The notes beneath the pieces were generated by a model. It was not told the origin of the DNA, made no database searches, and was given only the letters and a program-made list of their open reading frames with translations. Below are positions 8,465 through 18,604 of a DNA stretch of 38,580 nt, piece after piece. The stretch is taken from contig CAZKCX010000002.1 of the NCBI GenBank assembly GCA_964550865.1, positions 1 through 38,580 of the forward strand. The letters run 5' to 3'. The number at the start of each line of letters is the position of its first letter. The first letter of the stretch is position 1. This DNA is from an uncultured Planctomycetales bacterium (lineage in GTDB: Bacteria; Planctomycetota; Phycisphaerae; UBA1845; JAFGLZ01). The position numbers and the translations under genes were made by a program.

Positions 8465-9580
8465 TCAGGAACGAAGGGCCTCCAGGGCGGCGTCGAGCTC
8501 CGGTGCAAGGTTTGGCCAGAAGAATCGTTTGACCTTGCGCCGCGCACGGTGCGAGTCGTCTTGCCATAGGTCCCCTTGTCCAACACGCTCGGCCAATTCC
8601 ATGAGCCGCTCGGCCAACTGCTGCGGGCTCCCGTCGTAGAAGAACTCGTTTGCGTGCGGTGCTTCGTCTCTCCCGAGGATCTCCGGATACGCGAGGCGGA
8701 TGGGCAGGAGAGGATACGCGCCGGCGGCGATGGCCTCCACGACGCTGATCCCAAAGAACTCGTGCTGGGCGGTCGAGACGAGGACGTCGGATATGAATAG
8801 GGCGGCCTGATAGTCGCTGCGGCTCTCCTGGTAGCCCCATCGGTCGACGTGGTCGCGAAACATCTCCACGGCTTGATCGAATACCGGCGGAGACTGACGG
8901 AACTGTTCGCCGACGACGTTTAGCCGGAAGTCCACGCCCCGTTCGCGCAAGCGCTCGATCGCCGAGAAGAACGTGTCCGGGTCCTTGTCGTGCTCCCACC
9001 GGGCGGCCCAGAGGATCCGCAGCGGTCCCGCGGCTCGATCGCCGCGGGGCGGGAACGCGTCGACGCCGGGCGGTCGGATGGCCGACTTGGCCCGTATGCG
9101 GGCCGCCGCGTCTTCAGGCGGATGGTCGGGCATGCGAGCGAGAAACCGCGGCAGCGCATCGAGAAACTCCAAGCGATGGAACGCGGAGTTGAACCATACC
9201 TGCGTCGCCGCCAGCCCCGTCGTCATATTCGTCAGCACATAGTGGTAGTCGCGCTCATCTTCATGCTGAACCGGGTACGTGAGCTGGTTCTCGTGGAAGT
9301 ATGCCACCGAGGGCAGGAGTTGCGCCTCGCTCGGCGCAAGGCCGAGAAACTCGGCTAAGTTCAGCATGTCGGAGCAGAAGAGGAGATCCCAGGTCTCTCC
9401 GGCGTTTATGCGCCGGCGAACCTCATCGGCGAAGGTTACGGCGGCGTGCCGCATCCGCCACTTCCATTTGTAGGGCGGCAGGGGGAGGATCGTCCAGTCG
9501 TGCCGGCTTCGGGACGACCAGCCGTCGAGGAACGCGCGGTGGCTGCCACCATAGTAGGGTTCGAGGGCGAGGATTCGCAT
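8465..9580 (-). CDS. DUF3524 domain glycosyltransferase (GTDC1 / tRNA-queuosine mannosyltransferase-like)
   Basis: Start at MRILALEPYYGGSHRAFLDGW (ATG 9580). 'EPYYGGSH' and 'LPPYKWKWRMRHAA' parallel the human GTDC1 N-terminus as I recall it (EAFYGGSH, LPAKKWHWRAR). The C-terminal half is GT4-like ('HEFFGISVVEAIAAGAYPL'). The 96 upstream ORF codons were rejected. Confidence 0.75.
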   Translation of the reverse strand: MRILALEPYYGGSHRAFLDGWSSRSRHDWTILPLPPYKWKWRMRHAAVTFADEVRRRINAGETWDLLFCSDMLNLAEFLGLAPSEAQLLPSVAYFHENQLTYPVQHEDERDYHYVLTNMTTGLAATQVWFNSAFHRLEFLDALPRFLARMPDHPPEDAAARIRAKSAIRPPGVDAFPPRGDRAAGPLRILWAARWEHDKDPDTFFSAIERLRERGVDFRLNVVGEQFRQSPPVFDQAVEMFRDHVDRWGYQESRSDYQAALFISDVLVSTAQHEFFGISVVEAIAAGAYPLLPIRLAYPEILGRDEAPHANEFFYDGSPQQLAERLMELAERVGQGDLWQDDSHRARRKVKRFFWPNLAPELDAALEALRS

Positions 9581-9613
9581 CAGGTACACTCTGGCCGGGG
9601 AATAGCCGTGATC

Positions 9614-9641
9614 TTGTTGCGGGACCACCAGGCGGTATACT
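9614..9641 (+). promoter_or_regulatory. candidate sigma70-type promoter for the 9726 membrane-protein gene
   Basis: TTGTTG (9614-9619), a 16-nt spacer, then TATACT (9636-9641), about 85 nt upstream of ATG 9726 in the divergent intergenic region. Confidence 0.35.
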
Positions 9642-9725
9642 GACGCTCGCCGCGACCCACTGTCAACAACCGGGCGGCCGATCCGTCCCTCGCCCGTCCA
9701 GAGCCCGCCGAAAGGACGACGAACC

Positions 9726-11717
9726 ATGGCCGAGACGACATCTCCTGCGCTCGCCGAAGGGAAGCCCCCGTTGGCCGGTCTGACGGGTCGGATGGTCTTG
9801 CTGGGCGCGCTTTCCTTGGGCATCGGCTGGGGCATTCGCGGGAACTTCGGCCACGAATACGGTGCCATGATCGCGGGGACGCTCGCGGCGATGGCCGTCG
9901 TGCTGGTCTCCGGCCGGGAGGACTGGCATCGCCGTATCGCCTTCTTCGCGTTCTTCGGCGCCCTCGGGTGGTCGTTCGGCGGGACGATCTCCTATATGCA
10001 GGTCATCGCGTACACGCACAGCGGCCATCTGCCGTCGCAGGTCTACGGGTTTGCGAATCTGTTCGTGATCGGTTTCGTGTGGGCCGCGATGGGGGGGCTG
10101 GGAACGGCCGTGCCCGCATGCCTGGATCGCGAACGATTGACGGAGCTCGTCCCGCCGATCATCGCCGTCTTCCTCGCGTGGTTCCTGCAGGACGTCGCCA
10201 TGTGGTGGAACCTGACGGATCAAGGCGACTTCCGTCATGAGGACAGGCTGTACTGGCACGATACGGACTGGGTCGCCGCGCTGCTGGCCATCGAGGCCGT
10301 GCTGGTCTATGCCGCCGTCCGCGGGCGGTTCGGCATGGGTACGCGGCTCGTGCTGTACGCGTCGATCGGATGGTGGGCGGGTTTCCTCGGCCTGGTCGAG
10401 GTCCTCGGGCTTCGCATGACGCCGCCACGCGGCGACAACTGGGCGGCCATGGTCGGCATGACGGCGGGGCTGTTCGTGTTCTGCATTCGGTATCGATTGT
10501 GGCCCATCCTTCTAGCGGGGCTGATCGCGGGGTTCATCGGCGGCTTGGGGTTCCCCACGGCGCAGGCCATCAAGCTGCTCTGGATCAAGACCGGCCTGCA
10601 GACCAACTGGCATAGCGTACTCGAGCAGACATACGGGGCGTTCAACGGGATCGGCATCGCGGTGGCGATGGGCGTGCTCGCGTCGCGCATCGGGCTTCTC
10701 CGCGAGGCGCCCGCCTCGGTGACCGAAGAGGGCGCGTCATTGCATGATCGCGCGTCGGAGGACGAGGCCGGGTCCGCTCTCGGCGGATTCACCCGATTCA
10801 TCCTTGGCGTCCTGACGCTGATCGGAGTGCTTCTGATCATCGTCGGTGCGACGGCCGCGCTGCTGGGCCTGGCCGGGATGTGCTATCACGTGGGCCTGCA
10901 CCGTCACATCCGTGAGGGCGTCATGGGGCTCAATCCGCAGGTGGATCTGCTGCTGGGTGATCCGACGTGGAAGAAGTTCGTCTTCTGGATGAACGGTCAT
11001 TTTGCGGGGTTGTTCTTCCTGACGTTCGGACGCGTCCTCGCCCGTGTCGGCAGGCTCGCGCAGGAAGGAGACGCCGTTTCATCCGCCCGCGTCCCGGCGC
11101 GCCGGTGGACCGAGGCCTTCTGCGTCGGCTTGGTCATGATCGGGCTGACGTACGTGAACCTCGTCAAGAACGTGGAGACGTGGATCAAGCACGAGGCGAT
11201 GCCGGCCGAGATGTACGGCCTGCATGCGTACTGGTGGTTCACGATCGGTTACGTGGCCGTGCTGATCGCCTTCGTGGTCCTGGCGGTGCGACACCATCGC
11301 CGCCCGCTCGGCGTGATTCCCGATCGTTGGGTCGGCAGGGCCCAGCTTCTGTATCTCACGTTTCTGTGGGTGATGGTGATCGGCAATCTGATGCGTGCGA
11401 TCCCGCCGTTCCATCCGCAACGGCTCATCACCGAGGGCGTGATCATCATCAACGCCATCGTGTGCACGGTTCTTGTGCTGATCTTGGGGGAGACCCTCCG
11501 CTGCGGACCCGCCGCACCAGCTCGAGGCTATGGGCGGTTGCTCGGAAAGACGCTGCTGGTCGGTGTCTTCAGCTTCATCGCACTGTTGGGAGCCCAGACG
11601 GCGATTGCGCGACTGTGCTACGGCGATGAGCATGCGCCGGGAGCGGGCAAGCACATCCGGTTCGGCCCGGACGCGACGACCAGCCCCGCGCCGAAGGAGG
11701 GGCAAGCACATCCGTGA
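9726..11717 (+). CDS. polytopic integral membrane protein, unknown function
   Basis: 663 aa with more than 12 hydrophobic segments, for example 'MVLLGALSLGIGWGI', 'IAFFAFFGALGWSFGG' and 'WWFTIGYVAVLIAFVVLAV'. Coding-like composition throughout. I recognise no family. Confidence 0.7.
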   Translation: MAETTSPALAEGKPPLAGLTGRMVLLGALSLGIGWGIRGNFGHEYGAMIAGTLAAMAVVLVSGREDWHRRIAFFAFFGALGWSFGGTISYMQVIAYTHSGHLPSQVYGFANLFVIGFVWAAMGGLGTAVPACLDRERLTELVPPIIAVFLAWFLQDVAMWWNLTDQGDFRHEDRLYWHDTDWVAALLAIEAVLVYAAVRGRFGMGTRLVLYASIGWWAGFLGLVEVLGLRMTPPRGDNWAAMVGMTAGLFVFCIRYRLWPILLAGLIAGFIGGLGFPTAQAIKLLWIKTGLQTNWHSVLEQTYGAFNGIGIAVAMGVLASRIGLLREAPASVTEEGASLHDRASEDEAGSALGGFTRFILGVLTLIGVLLIIVGATAALLGLAGMCYHVGLHRHIREGVMGLNPQVDLLLGDPTWKKFVFWMNGHFAGLFFLTFGRVLARVGRLAQEGDAVSSARVPARRWTEAFCVGLVMIGLTYVNLVKNVETWIKHEAMPAEMYGLHAYWWFTIGYVAVLIAFVVLAVRHHRRPLGVIPDRWVGRAQLLYLTFLWVMVIGNLMRAIPPFHPQRLITEGVIIINAIVCTVLVLILGETLRCGPAAPARGYGRLLGKTLLVGVFSFIALLGAQTAIARLCYGDEHAPGAGKHIRFGPDATTSPAPKEGQAHP

Positions 11718-11750
11718 CGCCCAGCGGCCGTTGCGACGTCGAGGCCAGGA

Positions 11751-12524
11751 TCACTTCTTCTCGTTGTAGATCCGGTCCGCCGTCTTGCGCCAGATTTCGA
11801 TGTCCTTCTTAAGGGCTTCGTCGATGCTGCCGCGCACCCACGGACCCCAAGGGGCGTACCAGGCCACGCCCTCCTTCAGCGAGCTATAGAACCGCCTGGC
11901 GCCGGCAAGCGTCTGCTCGATCAGCTTGGCGTATTGCTCCCGCGAGTAGTGGTGACGAATCAGTGCGCGGAAATCCTGCACGTCCGCAGGAAGAGGGGAT
12001 AGAACGAGCTTGCGGTAGAAGGGGAGCCAGACCCTGGACTCGATTCGATAGGCCTCGATGATTCCGCTCTTGAGGTCCTTCTCGTCGTAGTCGATCCATT
12101 CCTTGCTCGAGCGGATGCTGCCGAGGACCTTCTGGAGTTTGCGCCGCAGCATCGCGTCGAGCGCATGCTTGGGGACAGACCCGGCCTTGGGGTACTTCAG
12201 GGCGAGATCCATGTCTTCTCGCCGGAGGGAGGTGTAACGATCGATCACCTTCTCCTTGCTCATCTCCTTGAGGAGGTCGGCCACATCCGTGTCGCGTCCG
12301 TCCACCTTCTGCATGTTGTTGATGTACTGCAGCTCGAACCAACGTATGAAATCAACGGCGAGTGCTTTCGCTCGTTCAAGATCCGTTGTGCGGCTCGTCG
12401 GGCGGCTTGACGGTGTTGTCGGTTTCGCCTCTTGGGCCGCCGCGCGCGACAGGCAAATCGTCGTGCAGAGCAGCATGAAAATGAGCCTTCCTGCAATGGA
12501 GTTCTCTAGCTTGGACCGGTCCAT
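11751..12524 (-). CDS. secreted hypothetical protein
   Basis: ATG 12524 (MDRSKL) with AAGGAGG 9 nt upstream. Signal-like 'IAGRLIFMLLCTTICLSRAAAQEA'. The mature part is helical and K/E/R-rich. The track ORF extends to 13292 only as an antisense shadow. Confidence 0.7.
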   Translation of the reverse strand: MDRSKLENSIAGRLIFMLLCTTICLSRAAAQEAKPTTPSSRPTSRTTDLERAKALAVDFIRWFELQYINNMQKVDGRDTDVADLLKEMSKEKVIDRYTSLRREDMDLALKYPKAGSVPKHALDAMLRRKLQKVLGSIRSSKEWIDYDEKDLKSGIIEAYRIESRVWLPFYRKLVLSPLPADVQDFRALIRHHYSREQYAKLIEQTLAGARRFYSSLKEGVAWYAPWGPWVRGSIDEALKKDIEIWRKTADRIYNEKK

Positions 12525-12701
12525 AAAGGTAACCTCCTTGAAGGGTGAAGACGTGAAGGGGTTCATTATACGCGCTTCGCCCCCGACCGCGACGACGCCT
12601 TCCGTCGATTCCGATCGACCGCTGCACCATGAATCCACGCCGCGTCCGCCGTAGAATCCCCTCGACAGGACCCTCGGATCCGAAAGCGCGGAGCGACGAC
12701 G

Positions 12702-13172
12702 ATGAACTACAGACCTACCGCCGGGACCTTGAAGGACAGCTGGGTGTTCGTGAAGGACGAGGAAATCCACCTCTTCTTCCTGGCAGATCGCAGCGGCGGG
12801 AGGCCGCGATGCGTCGGTCACGCAGTCAGCACGAACTGGATCGATTGGACCGCACTTCCCGTTATCGAGATGTGCGGTCCGAAAGGGGCCTGGGACGATG
12901 GCCGGTGCGGCACCGGCCACGTGTTTCGATACGAAGACGGCCGATACTACATGGCCTACACCGGACGTCACAAGGAGGTCGAGCACATCGGCTTGCTCAA
13001 CAAGCGAAGGTCCGTCTTCGGCGCGAACCTGTGCGCGGTGCTTGATACCGTGTACCGAAGTGCGTTCCACCCTTCCCAGAAGAGAGGCCCCATTCCGGGA
13101 CCGTGGAGCGCGTACCCAATGCGAGCTCTGTCCGCAAGGTGCGGACGGTGCGGACGTCTCGGACGACGGTAG
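12702..13172 (+). pseudogene. truncated five-bladed beta-propeller glycosidase (GH32/GH43-like) remnant
   Basis: The first ~95 aa ('DSWVFVKDEEIHLFFLADR...VGHAVSTNWIDWTALPV...GTGHVFRYEDGRYYMAYTG') look like the first two blades of a GH32/43-type propeller. After 'EHIGL' the sequence becomes Arg/Cys/Gly-rich noise, and no other frame continues the similarity. Confidence 0.4.
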
Positions 13173-13267
13173 CGGCAGCGGTCGACCCGGTGGATGGCCG
13201 CCGGAATCGGCGGTAAGGTGTTCGGCGCCGCCTACGCAATCATACATAGCTGGAAGGAGTCTGAACC

Positions 13268-13705
13268 ATGAACCAGCCACGAGTGAATCCACTGGTGCTT
13301 ATGGGGCTGATCGGGGTTTTCACGATTGGCTCCAACTTCGCCGTGCAGGTATACCGAGCCTATTGGGGAAACCAGGGCAACTGGTGGACGCCCCGCACGA
13401 AGTCGCTATCCCTGGAGGAGTCGCGGGACGTTGTCCGCTTGTCCATCAGCGGCAAGCGCCTGCAAGAGCATCTGGAGGACGGGAGTCTCTTCGCACGGGA
13501 CGACGAGGGCAACTCGTATCGGGTGGTCGCGCGAGACGTTTCGGTCCGCGTGAACAACTGGCACAAGGTCAAGGCGTCCATCTTGACGAACGCCTTGGTT
13601 ACGGGCGTGGCCTTCGGCGTGGTCATGACCGTCTTGGTCATCGGTCTGGTCCAGGTGATCCGCCGGAGGGGTGCCGCGGACGGATCGGAGGGCGGCTACG
13701 CCTGA
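13268..13705 (+). CDS. small membrane protein (two predicted TM segments)
   Basis: AAGGAG lies 8 nt before ATG 13268. N-terminal TM 'LVLMGLIGVFTIGSNFAV' and C-terminal TM 'ALVTGVAFGVVMTVLVIGLV'. Confidence 0.65.
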   Translation: MNQPRVNPLVLMGLIGVFTIGSNFAVQVYRAYWGNQGNWWTPRTKSLSLEESRDVVRLSISGKRLQEHLEDGSLFARDDEGNSYRVVARDVSVRVNNWHKVKASILTNALVTGVAFGVVMTVLVIGLVQVIRRRGAADGSEGGYA

Positions 13706-13788
13706 CGGTGCATGCCTCGGCGAAGAACACACCGCGCAAGCACTCCGAACACGGCTTGTGTCGCTGAGTCGGTCACTCGGCAACCGCG

Positions 13789-15513
13789 TTAGCCGATGAT
13801 GAAGCGTCGTCGCTTGATGTAGTCCCACACGACATAGCGGTCGAGGTCGCGGCCGCCGGTGAAGAATACGCGGCCTTGCGTTGCCTCGGTCATGCGGTAG
13901 GCGAATTGCACGTCCTCGCTGGTCTGCCCCCAACTCGGTAGGAGGAAGATATTCATGGTGATGCCCTGCTTGGCGCAAATTTGGGCCTCGCGCATCGTCG
14001 CCTGTTCCGTGAGCGGGTCGGGCGGATAGAGGAGGTAAAGGAACTCGTCCTCGAAGTGCGCCGTGGGCAGGCCGTCCGTGATCAGGATGATCTGTCGGTT
14101 CGGTGTGTCCTGCACGGTAAGGAACTGCCGCGCGAGCTGCAGGCCTCTCTGGATGTTCGTGAAGTGCGGCGGGATCTGGAACTCGCTCATGTTGGGGTTG
14201 CTCATGTCGGCCTTCAGGCGAACGACCGGGTCGTACACCATCACCGGCTTGGGCATGAGCTCGGGGATCTCGGAGATGTGCCGCGGCTTGGCGAAGCTGT
14301 AGATCTCGATGAATTGCACGAAGTCGCCGGGGTATTCCGTTCGGATCAGACCGTGCAAGGCCAGGGCCATCCGTTTCGCATTGACGTACTGCGAGCCGTG
14401 CCGCATCGAGCCGCTCATGTCGATCAGGACGGCCGTTGCGCATTTGGGGTTGTTCCGCGTGCGATGGATCTCGATGTCGTCGGGTTTCATGCGGACCGGC
14501 AGTGACGCGCCGTCGCGGAGCATAGCGTTGATCATCGACGCCGGGATGTCCATGTGCGTGATCGAGTCGCCGAACTCGTACGGCTTGGTCTGTTGCATCT
14601 CGATCGCGCCTTCGCCGGCAACGGGGCCCTGATGGCGCCCGGATCGCGCGGCCTCCAGCTCGCCGAAGATCTCCTCGAGCAGGCGCGATTGAAACAGGCG
14701 GAAGGCCTTCGGCGTGAGCGTGTACTCTCCGCCGGATTGCTCGAGGCCCTGCCGCTCCGCCAGCTCGCGCATGTAGTCCTGGATATACTGCTGGAGTTCG
14801 CTGAGCTTCTCCATGTCGCCGGGCTCGGCGTATTCCGCCAGCGCGTCCATGTCGATGACGGCGATCTGACCGGTCTCTTCCGCCTCCTCGAGCTGCTCGA
14901 GCAGCCTGTCGATTTCCTCGAGCTCTTCCTTGATGGCCAGGGCCTCGGGAATCGTCATCCCGGTGCGGCCGGTGAATGCGTACTTGGCGGCCAGCTCATC
15001 GACCTGATACTTCTCGCCGAGGGCATCCATGAGCTGAACGAGCTGCCGTGCGAAGAGGTCCCGCTGGTTCTTCGAGTGATACCACAGGCCTTCGAGGTCA
15101 CGGAGCTGCTCGAGACGGACGGCCTCGTGGTACCGCCGCGCGGCCTTCCGCGGCGGACGGATCTCCCTTGCCATGCCGTGGAACTGCCGCGAGGCCTCTC
15201 CCTGCACGGTATCGGTCTCGTACGTCTCCAGGATCTTCCGCTTGCGCTCGAGCAGGAGCGCGCGGAGCGCATCGATGCTCGGACCCAGTCCCGCGATCTG
15301 GCTGGGGTCGATGTCGATGGCTCGGGCCAACTCCTCCTCCGTCAGGTGACGCATGCTCCCGAAGTACATCATGTGCTCGAACGCCTGAGAGACGAGGTCC
15401 GGCTGGGGCGCGGTCGGGCTGGGAAAGCTCTTCGGATCGTACTTCTGGTACGTGTGAACCACGCCGCCGTACCGCTGGTGCTGTGGTTTCAGGGGCGTTT
15501 GATCAGAACTCAT
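13789..15513 (-). CDS. VWA domain-containing protein (partner of the upstream AAA+ ATPase)
   Basis: MIDAS motif '[10 protein letters not shown]' and a C-terminal VWA fold ('[10 protein letters not shown]'), plus a long helical N-terminal region. ATG 15513 (MSSDQT) overlaps the stop of the ATPase gene by 11 nt. Confidence 0.85.
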   Translation of the reverse strand: MSSDQTPLKPQHQRYGGVVHTYQKYDPKSFPSPTAPQPDLVSQAFEHMMYFGSMRHLTEEELARAIDIDPSQIAGLGPSIDALRALLLERKRKILETYETDTVQGEASRQFHGMAREIRPPRKAARRYHEAVRLEQLRDLEGLWYHSKNQRDLFARQLVQLMDALGEKYQVDELAAKYAFTGRTGMTIPEALAIKEELEEIDRLLEQLEEAEETGQIAVIDMDALAEYAEPGDMEKLSELQQYIQDYMRELAERQGLEQSGGEYTLTPKAFRLFQSRLLEEIFGELEAARSGRHQGPVAGEGAIEMQQTKPYEFGDSITHMDIPASMINAMLRDGASLPVRMKPDDIEIHRTRNNPKCATAVLIDMSGSMRHGSQYVNAKRMALALHGLIRTEYPGDFVQFIEIYSFAKPRHISEIPELMPKPVMVYDPVVRLKADMSNPNMSEFQIPPHFTNIQRGLQLARQFLTVQDTPNRQIILITDGLPTAHFEDEFLYLLYPPDPLTEQATMREAQICAKQGITMNIFLLPSWGQTSEDVQFAYRMTEATQGRVFFTGGRDLDRYVVWDYIKRRRFIIG

Positions 15514-16921
15514 ACGTGATCCTGCCGTGATGCTCGGACCGGGAGATCTTGTCCTGGACATACAGACCCGCGAGGACGAACTCGACGCACGACGCCCGGA
15601 CGGCGGGATCGTCCGCGGGATTGACCTCGAAGGCCTTCTCCCACGCAGGGGGAACCCGCTTGAGACGCTCGGCGTAGTGGGCCGAGGACAGCATGTCGCC
15701 GACCTCCACCTTCACGCCGTGGCCGAAGATCTCGGCGATCTCGGCCAGGCCATGCTTGTCGACGTACTCGTCGAAGACCGTGTTGATGGCCTCGGCCTGG
15801 ATCGCATCGAGGACCTGTCGTTCGCTCATCTGATGGCTGCCCATCATGTCCAGCTCCAGCTTGCCCAGCGACGACGAGTGGCAGTGGCTCAGGTCGCTGA
15901 TCCGCGGGACGGCCGGGCTCTCCCCGAGGACGGCCGCCCGCTGTCTGGCGCTGGCGATCATCGTCCGGTAGTTCGCGATGCTGAACCGCGCGCTCACGCC
16001 GGATTGCTGGTCGACGTACTTCGACTTCCGCGCGGCGATGCTCATCTGCTCGATGATCTCGTTCATGAACGGCGGGACGACGACGGGCAGCTCCCCGTTC
16101 CGGCTGATCGCCGCCTCCTGCTGCATGATCTCGATGCCGAGCTCACGCGTGCGCGGATAGTGCGTCTGCACGAGCGAGCCGATGCGGTCCTTGAGTTGGG
16201 GGATCACCTTGCCGCTGCGGTTGTAGGTCGCGGGGTTCGCCGAGAAGAGGATCAATACGTCGATATCGAACCGGATCGGGTACCCGCGGATCTGGACGTC
16301 ACGCTCCTCGAGGATGTTGAACAGGCCCACCTGCACGAGCTCGTCCAGTTCCGGCAGCTCGTTCATGGCGAAGATCGCGCGGTGCATTCGGGGAATGAGA
16401 CCGAAGTGCAGGGCGTCCTCGGCGGACATGCTCGTGCCGCCCGCCAGCTTGGCCGGGTCGATCTCGCCGATGATGTCGGCGAACTTCGTGCCCGGGCTCA
16501 ATCGCTCCGCGTAGCGATCGTCGCGATGCCACCAGGCAATCGGGATCCGGTCCTCAGCCTGTTGGGCGATGAGCTCTCTTCCCTGGCGCGTGATCGGCCG
16601 ATACGGATCCTCGTGGACCGGGCAGCCTGTGATGTCGAGGTAGGGGACCTCTTCGTCGAGGAATTCAGCCAGCAGCCGCATCAGGCGGCTCTTGGCCTGC
16701 CCCTTCTCGCCGAGGAAGAGCATGTCGTGCTGGGCGAGAATGGCGATGTTGATCTCCGGAATCACCGTGTCGTCGTAGCCGATGATCCCGGGGAACAGCC
16801 CATCCCGGTTGCGAAGCCTTCGCAAGAAGTTGTCGTGAATCTCCTTCTTGACGGGCTTGGAAACCCACCCGCTATCCCGCAATTCCTTCAGCGTGCTTGG
16901 CTTCGTACCGCTTTGAGGCAT
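15503..16921 (-). CDS. AAA+ ATPase, ChlI/MoxR-like (Mg-chelatase subunit I-like)
   Basis: Walker A 'GEKGQAKS'. '[47 protein letters not shown]' aligns by eye with the ChlI/BchI Walker B to sensor region. Start is uncertain. ATG 16921 (MPQSGT) has GGAGGG 10 nt upstream, and alternatives are 16945 and 17011. ATG 17011 overlaps a perfect TATAAT on the minus strand (17010-17015), which argues against 17011. Confidence 0.8.
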   Translation of the reverse strand: MPQSGTKPSTLKELRDSGWVSKPVKKEIHDNFLRRLRNRDGLFPGIIGYDDTVIPEINIAILAQHDMLFLGEKGQAKSRLMRLLAEFLDEEVPYLDITGCPVHEDPYRPITRQGRELIAQQAEDRIPIAWWHRDDRYAERLSPGTKFADIIGEIDPAKLAGGTSMSAEDALHFGLIPRMHRAIFAMNELPELDELVQVGLFNILEERDVQIRGYPIRFDIDVLILFSANPATYNRSGKVIPQLKDRIGSLVQTHYPRTRELGIEIMQQEAAISRNGELPVVVPPFMNEIIEQMSIAARKSKYVDQQSGVSARFSIANYRTMIASARQRAAVLGESPAVPRISDLSHCHSSSLGKLELDMMGSHQMSERQVLDAIQAEAINTVFDEYVDKHGLAEIAEIFGHGVKVEVGDMLSSAHYAERLKRVPPAWEKAFEVNPADDPAVRASCVEFVLAGLYVQDKISRSEHHGRITYEF

Positions 16922-17220
16922 GCTCGCTTGCCCTCCAGACGCCATATGGCTATCGTCGGAAGCCTTCTGCGCTTCCTGATGACGAGCTTTCACCGTTGTC
17001 CGACTATTCATTATAGGACACGCAGGCCCGCCGAGTTCGGTGACTTCGGCAAACGGTCGCAGGCAGGACCACCCCGTCCCTGTACTTGGATGCCTGAGCA
17101 AGGCCGCGCGTCCTTGACTTTCCAGCCTGGGCGTCCCATAAGCCAAGCCTTGGGAAGGTCTTGGCAACGTCTAAGCCCACAGCCGCGGGCGCGAAGCCCG
17201 AGAAGCTCGGAGACAACACG

Positions 17221-18525
17221 ATGAGGCAAGCATTCCGCCTGCTCCCGGCAATCTGTCTTGCGCCTCTGATGGGTTTGGCCTCACCCGAGGTGTCAGAGGC
17301 CGAGAAGATCCCGACATATCGTCAGGTCGAGGCGCAGATGTTCCGCGAGCGTCGGGGCATACGCAACACGATCGACAAGCTCGCGAAGGGCGGAGAGGTC
17401 CGCGTCGCCTATCTCGGCGGGAGCATCACCGCGCAGAACGGATGGCGGGTCAAGATGACCGACTGGTTCGGCCGGACCTTCAAGAGGCCGAGGATCCGCG
17501 AGATCAATGCCGCCATCGGGGGAACGGGAAGCGGGCTCGGCGTGTTTCGCCTCGACCACGATGTTTTGCGTCACAAGCCCGACCTGCTCTTCGTCGAGTT
17601 CGCCGTCAACGACGGCGGCGCATCGCCGGAAGACATCTGGCGCGGTATGGAGGGGATTGTCCGCAAGACCTGGCGGCACGATCCGATGACGGACATCGTC
17701 TTCGTGTACACTTTCCGCGTCGGCTACGAGAAAGACCTCGACAAGGGGCTCTGCCCCCGATCCATGTCCGCCATGGAGTTGCTGGCCGACCACTACGAGA
17801 TCCCGACGATCAACATGGCGCAGCACGTCGCCGAGCTCGCACGAAAGGGCAAGCTCCAATTCGACACGCGAGACGGAAAGAAGCCGCCGAGCGACGCGAG
17901 CGTGATCCTCTTCTCCAACGACGGCGTGCATCCGCTTGACGCGGGCCATGAACTCTACAAGCAGGTCATCACGGGCGCGATCATTCGGATGACCGAGTGC
18001 AAGCTGCCGCGCGGTCCACATGAGCTTGGCGCGCCATTCATCGCCGACAACTGGGAGCGAGCGAGGTGGGTGCCGCTCCAACCGTCCATGCTTAGCAACG
18101 GCTGGAAGCGCATGGACCGGTCGAAGGGTTTGGCCAAGCGTTTCGGCCGACGCATGCCGGAGCTCTGGGAGGCCGGCAAGCCGGGCGAGACGATCGCCTT
18201 CAAGTTCAAGGGCACCATGGCGAAGCTCTACGACCTGCTCGGCCCGGACGGCGGGCAGGTGATGATCACCGTCGACGGGAAGGCCCGCGGACCCGTGCCG
18301 AGGTTCGACCGCTATTGCACGTATCACCGCATCGCGACGCTGGGCCTCGCACGAGGCCTCGAAGACAAGGTACACACGGTGAAGGTCGAGATTCATCCCG
18401 AACAGCCCGACCGAAGCTCCGTATTGAATCGGGTGAAAGGGCAGAAGGGATTTGACCCGGCAAAGTACGATGGTACGAAGCTCCGTGTGGCCGGCGTCAT
18501 GGTCGTCGGCGAGGTGGTGGAATAG
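17221..18525 (+). CDS. SGNH/GDSL hydrolase family protein, secreted
   Basis: Signal '[27 protein letters not shown]'. SGNH blocks '[14 protein letters not shown]' (Ser), '[10 protein letters not shown]' (Asn) and '[12 protein letters not shown]' (Asp/His). GGAGA lies 7 nt before the ATG. Confidence 0.85.
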   Translation: MRQAFRLLPAICLAPLMGLASPEVSEAEKIPTYRQVEAQMFRERRGIRNTIDKLAKGGEVRVAYLGGSITAQNGWRVKMTDWFGRTFKRPRIREINAAIGGTGSGLGVFRLDHDVLRHKPDLLFVEFAVNDGGASPEDIWRGMEGIVRKTWRHDPMTDIVFVYTFRVGYEKDLDKGLCPRSMSAMELLADHYEIPTINMAQHVAELARKGKLQFDTRDGKKPPSDASVILFSNDGVHPLDAGHELYKQVITGAIIRMTECKLPRGPHELGAPFIADNWERARWVPLQPSMLSNGWKRMDRSKGLAKRFGRRMPELWEAGKPGETIAFKFKGTMAKLYDLLGPDGGQVMITVDGKARGPVPRFDRYCTYHRIATLGLARGLEDKVHTVKVEIHPEQPDRSSVLNRVKGQKGFDPAKYDGTKLRVAGVMVVGEVVE

Positions 18526-18604
18526 CACCAGGTCGGCTAGACTCACGGGTTACCGGAGTGGCATCCAACAGACCTCAACGGTGAAGAATCAGGAGAATCA
18601 GGCC

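Noticed and set aside
12525-13292. N-terminal 256 codons of the 513-aa minus-strand ORF 11751-13292
   Set aside because: A strong AAGGAGG RBS and a signal peptide begin at ATG 12524. The upstream part is antisense to the GH-like remnant and is not protein-like.
17010-17015. Perfect TATAAT on the minus strand upstream of the AAA+ ATPase gene, considered as a full promoter call
   Set aside because: There is no acceptable -35 or extended -10 element at 16-18 nt. I used it only as weak evidence against the ATG 17011 start.
15527-17224. 565-aa plus-strand ORF opposite the AAA+ ATPase gene
   Set aside because: It is a shadow ORF. The opposite strand encodes an ATPase with Walker A and ChlI-like blocks, and this frame has no recognisable features.
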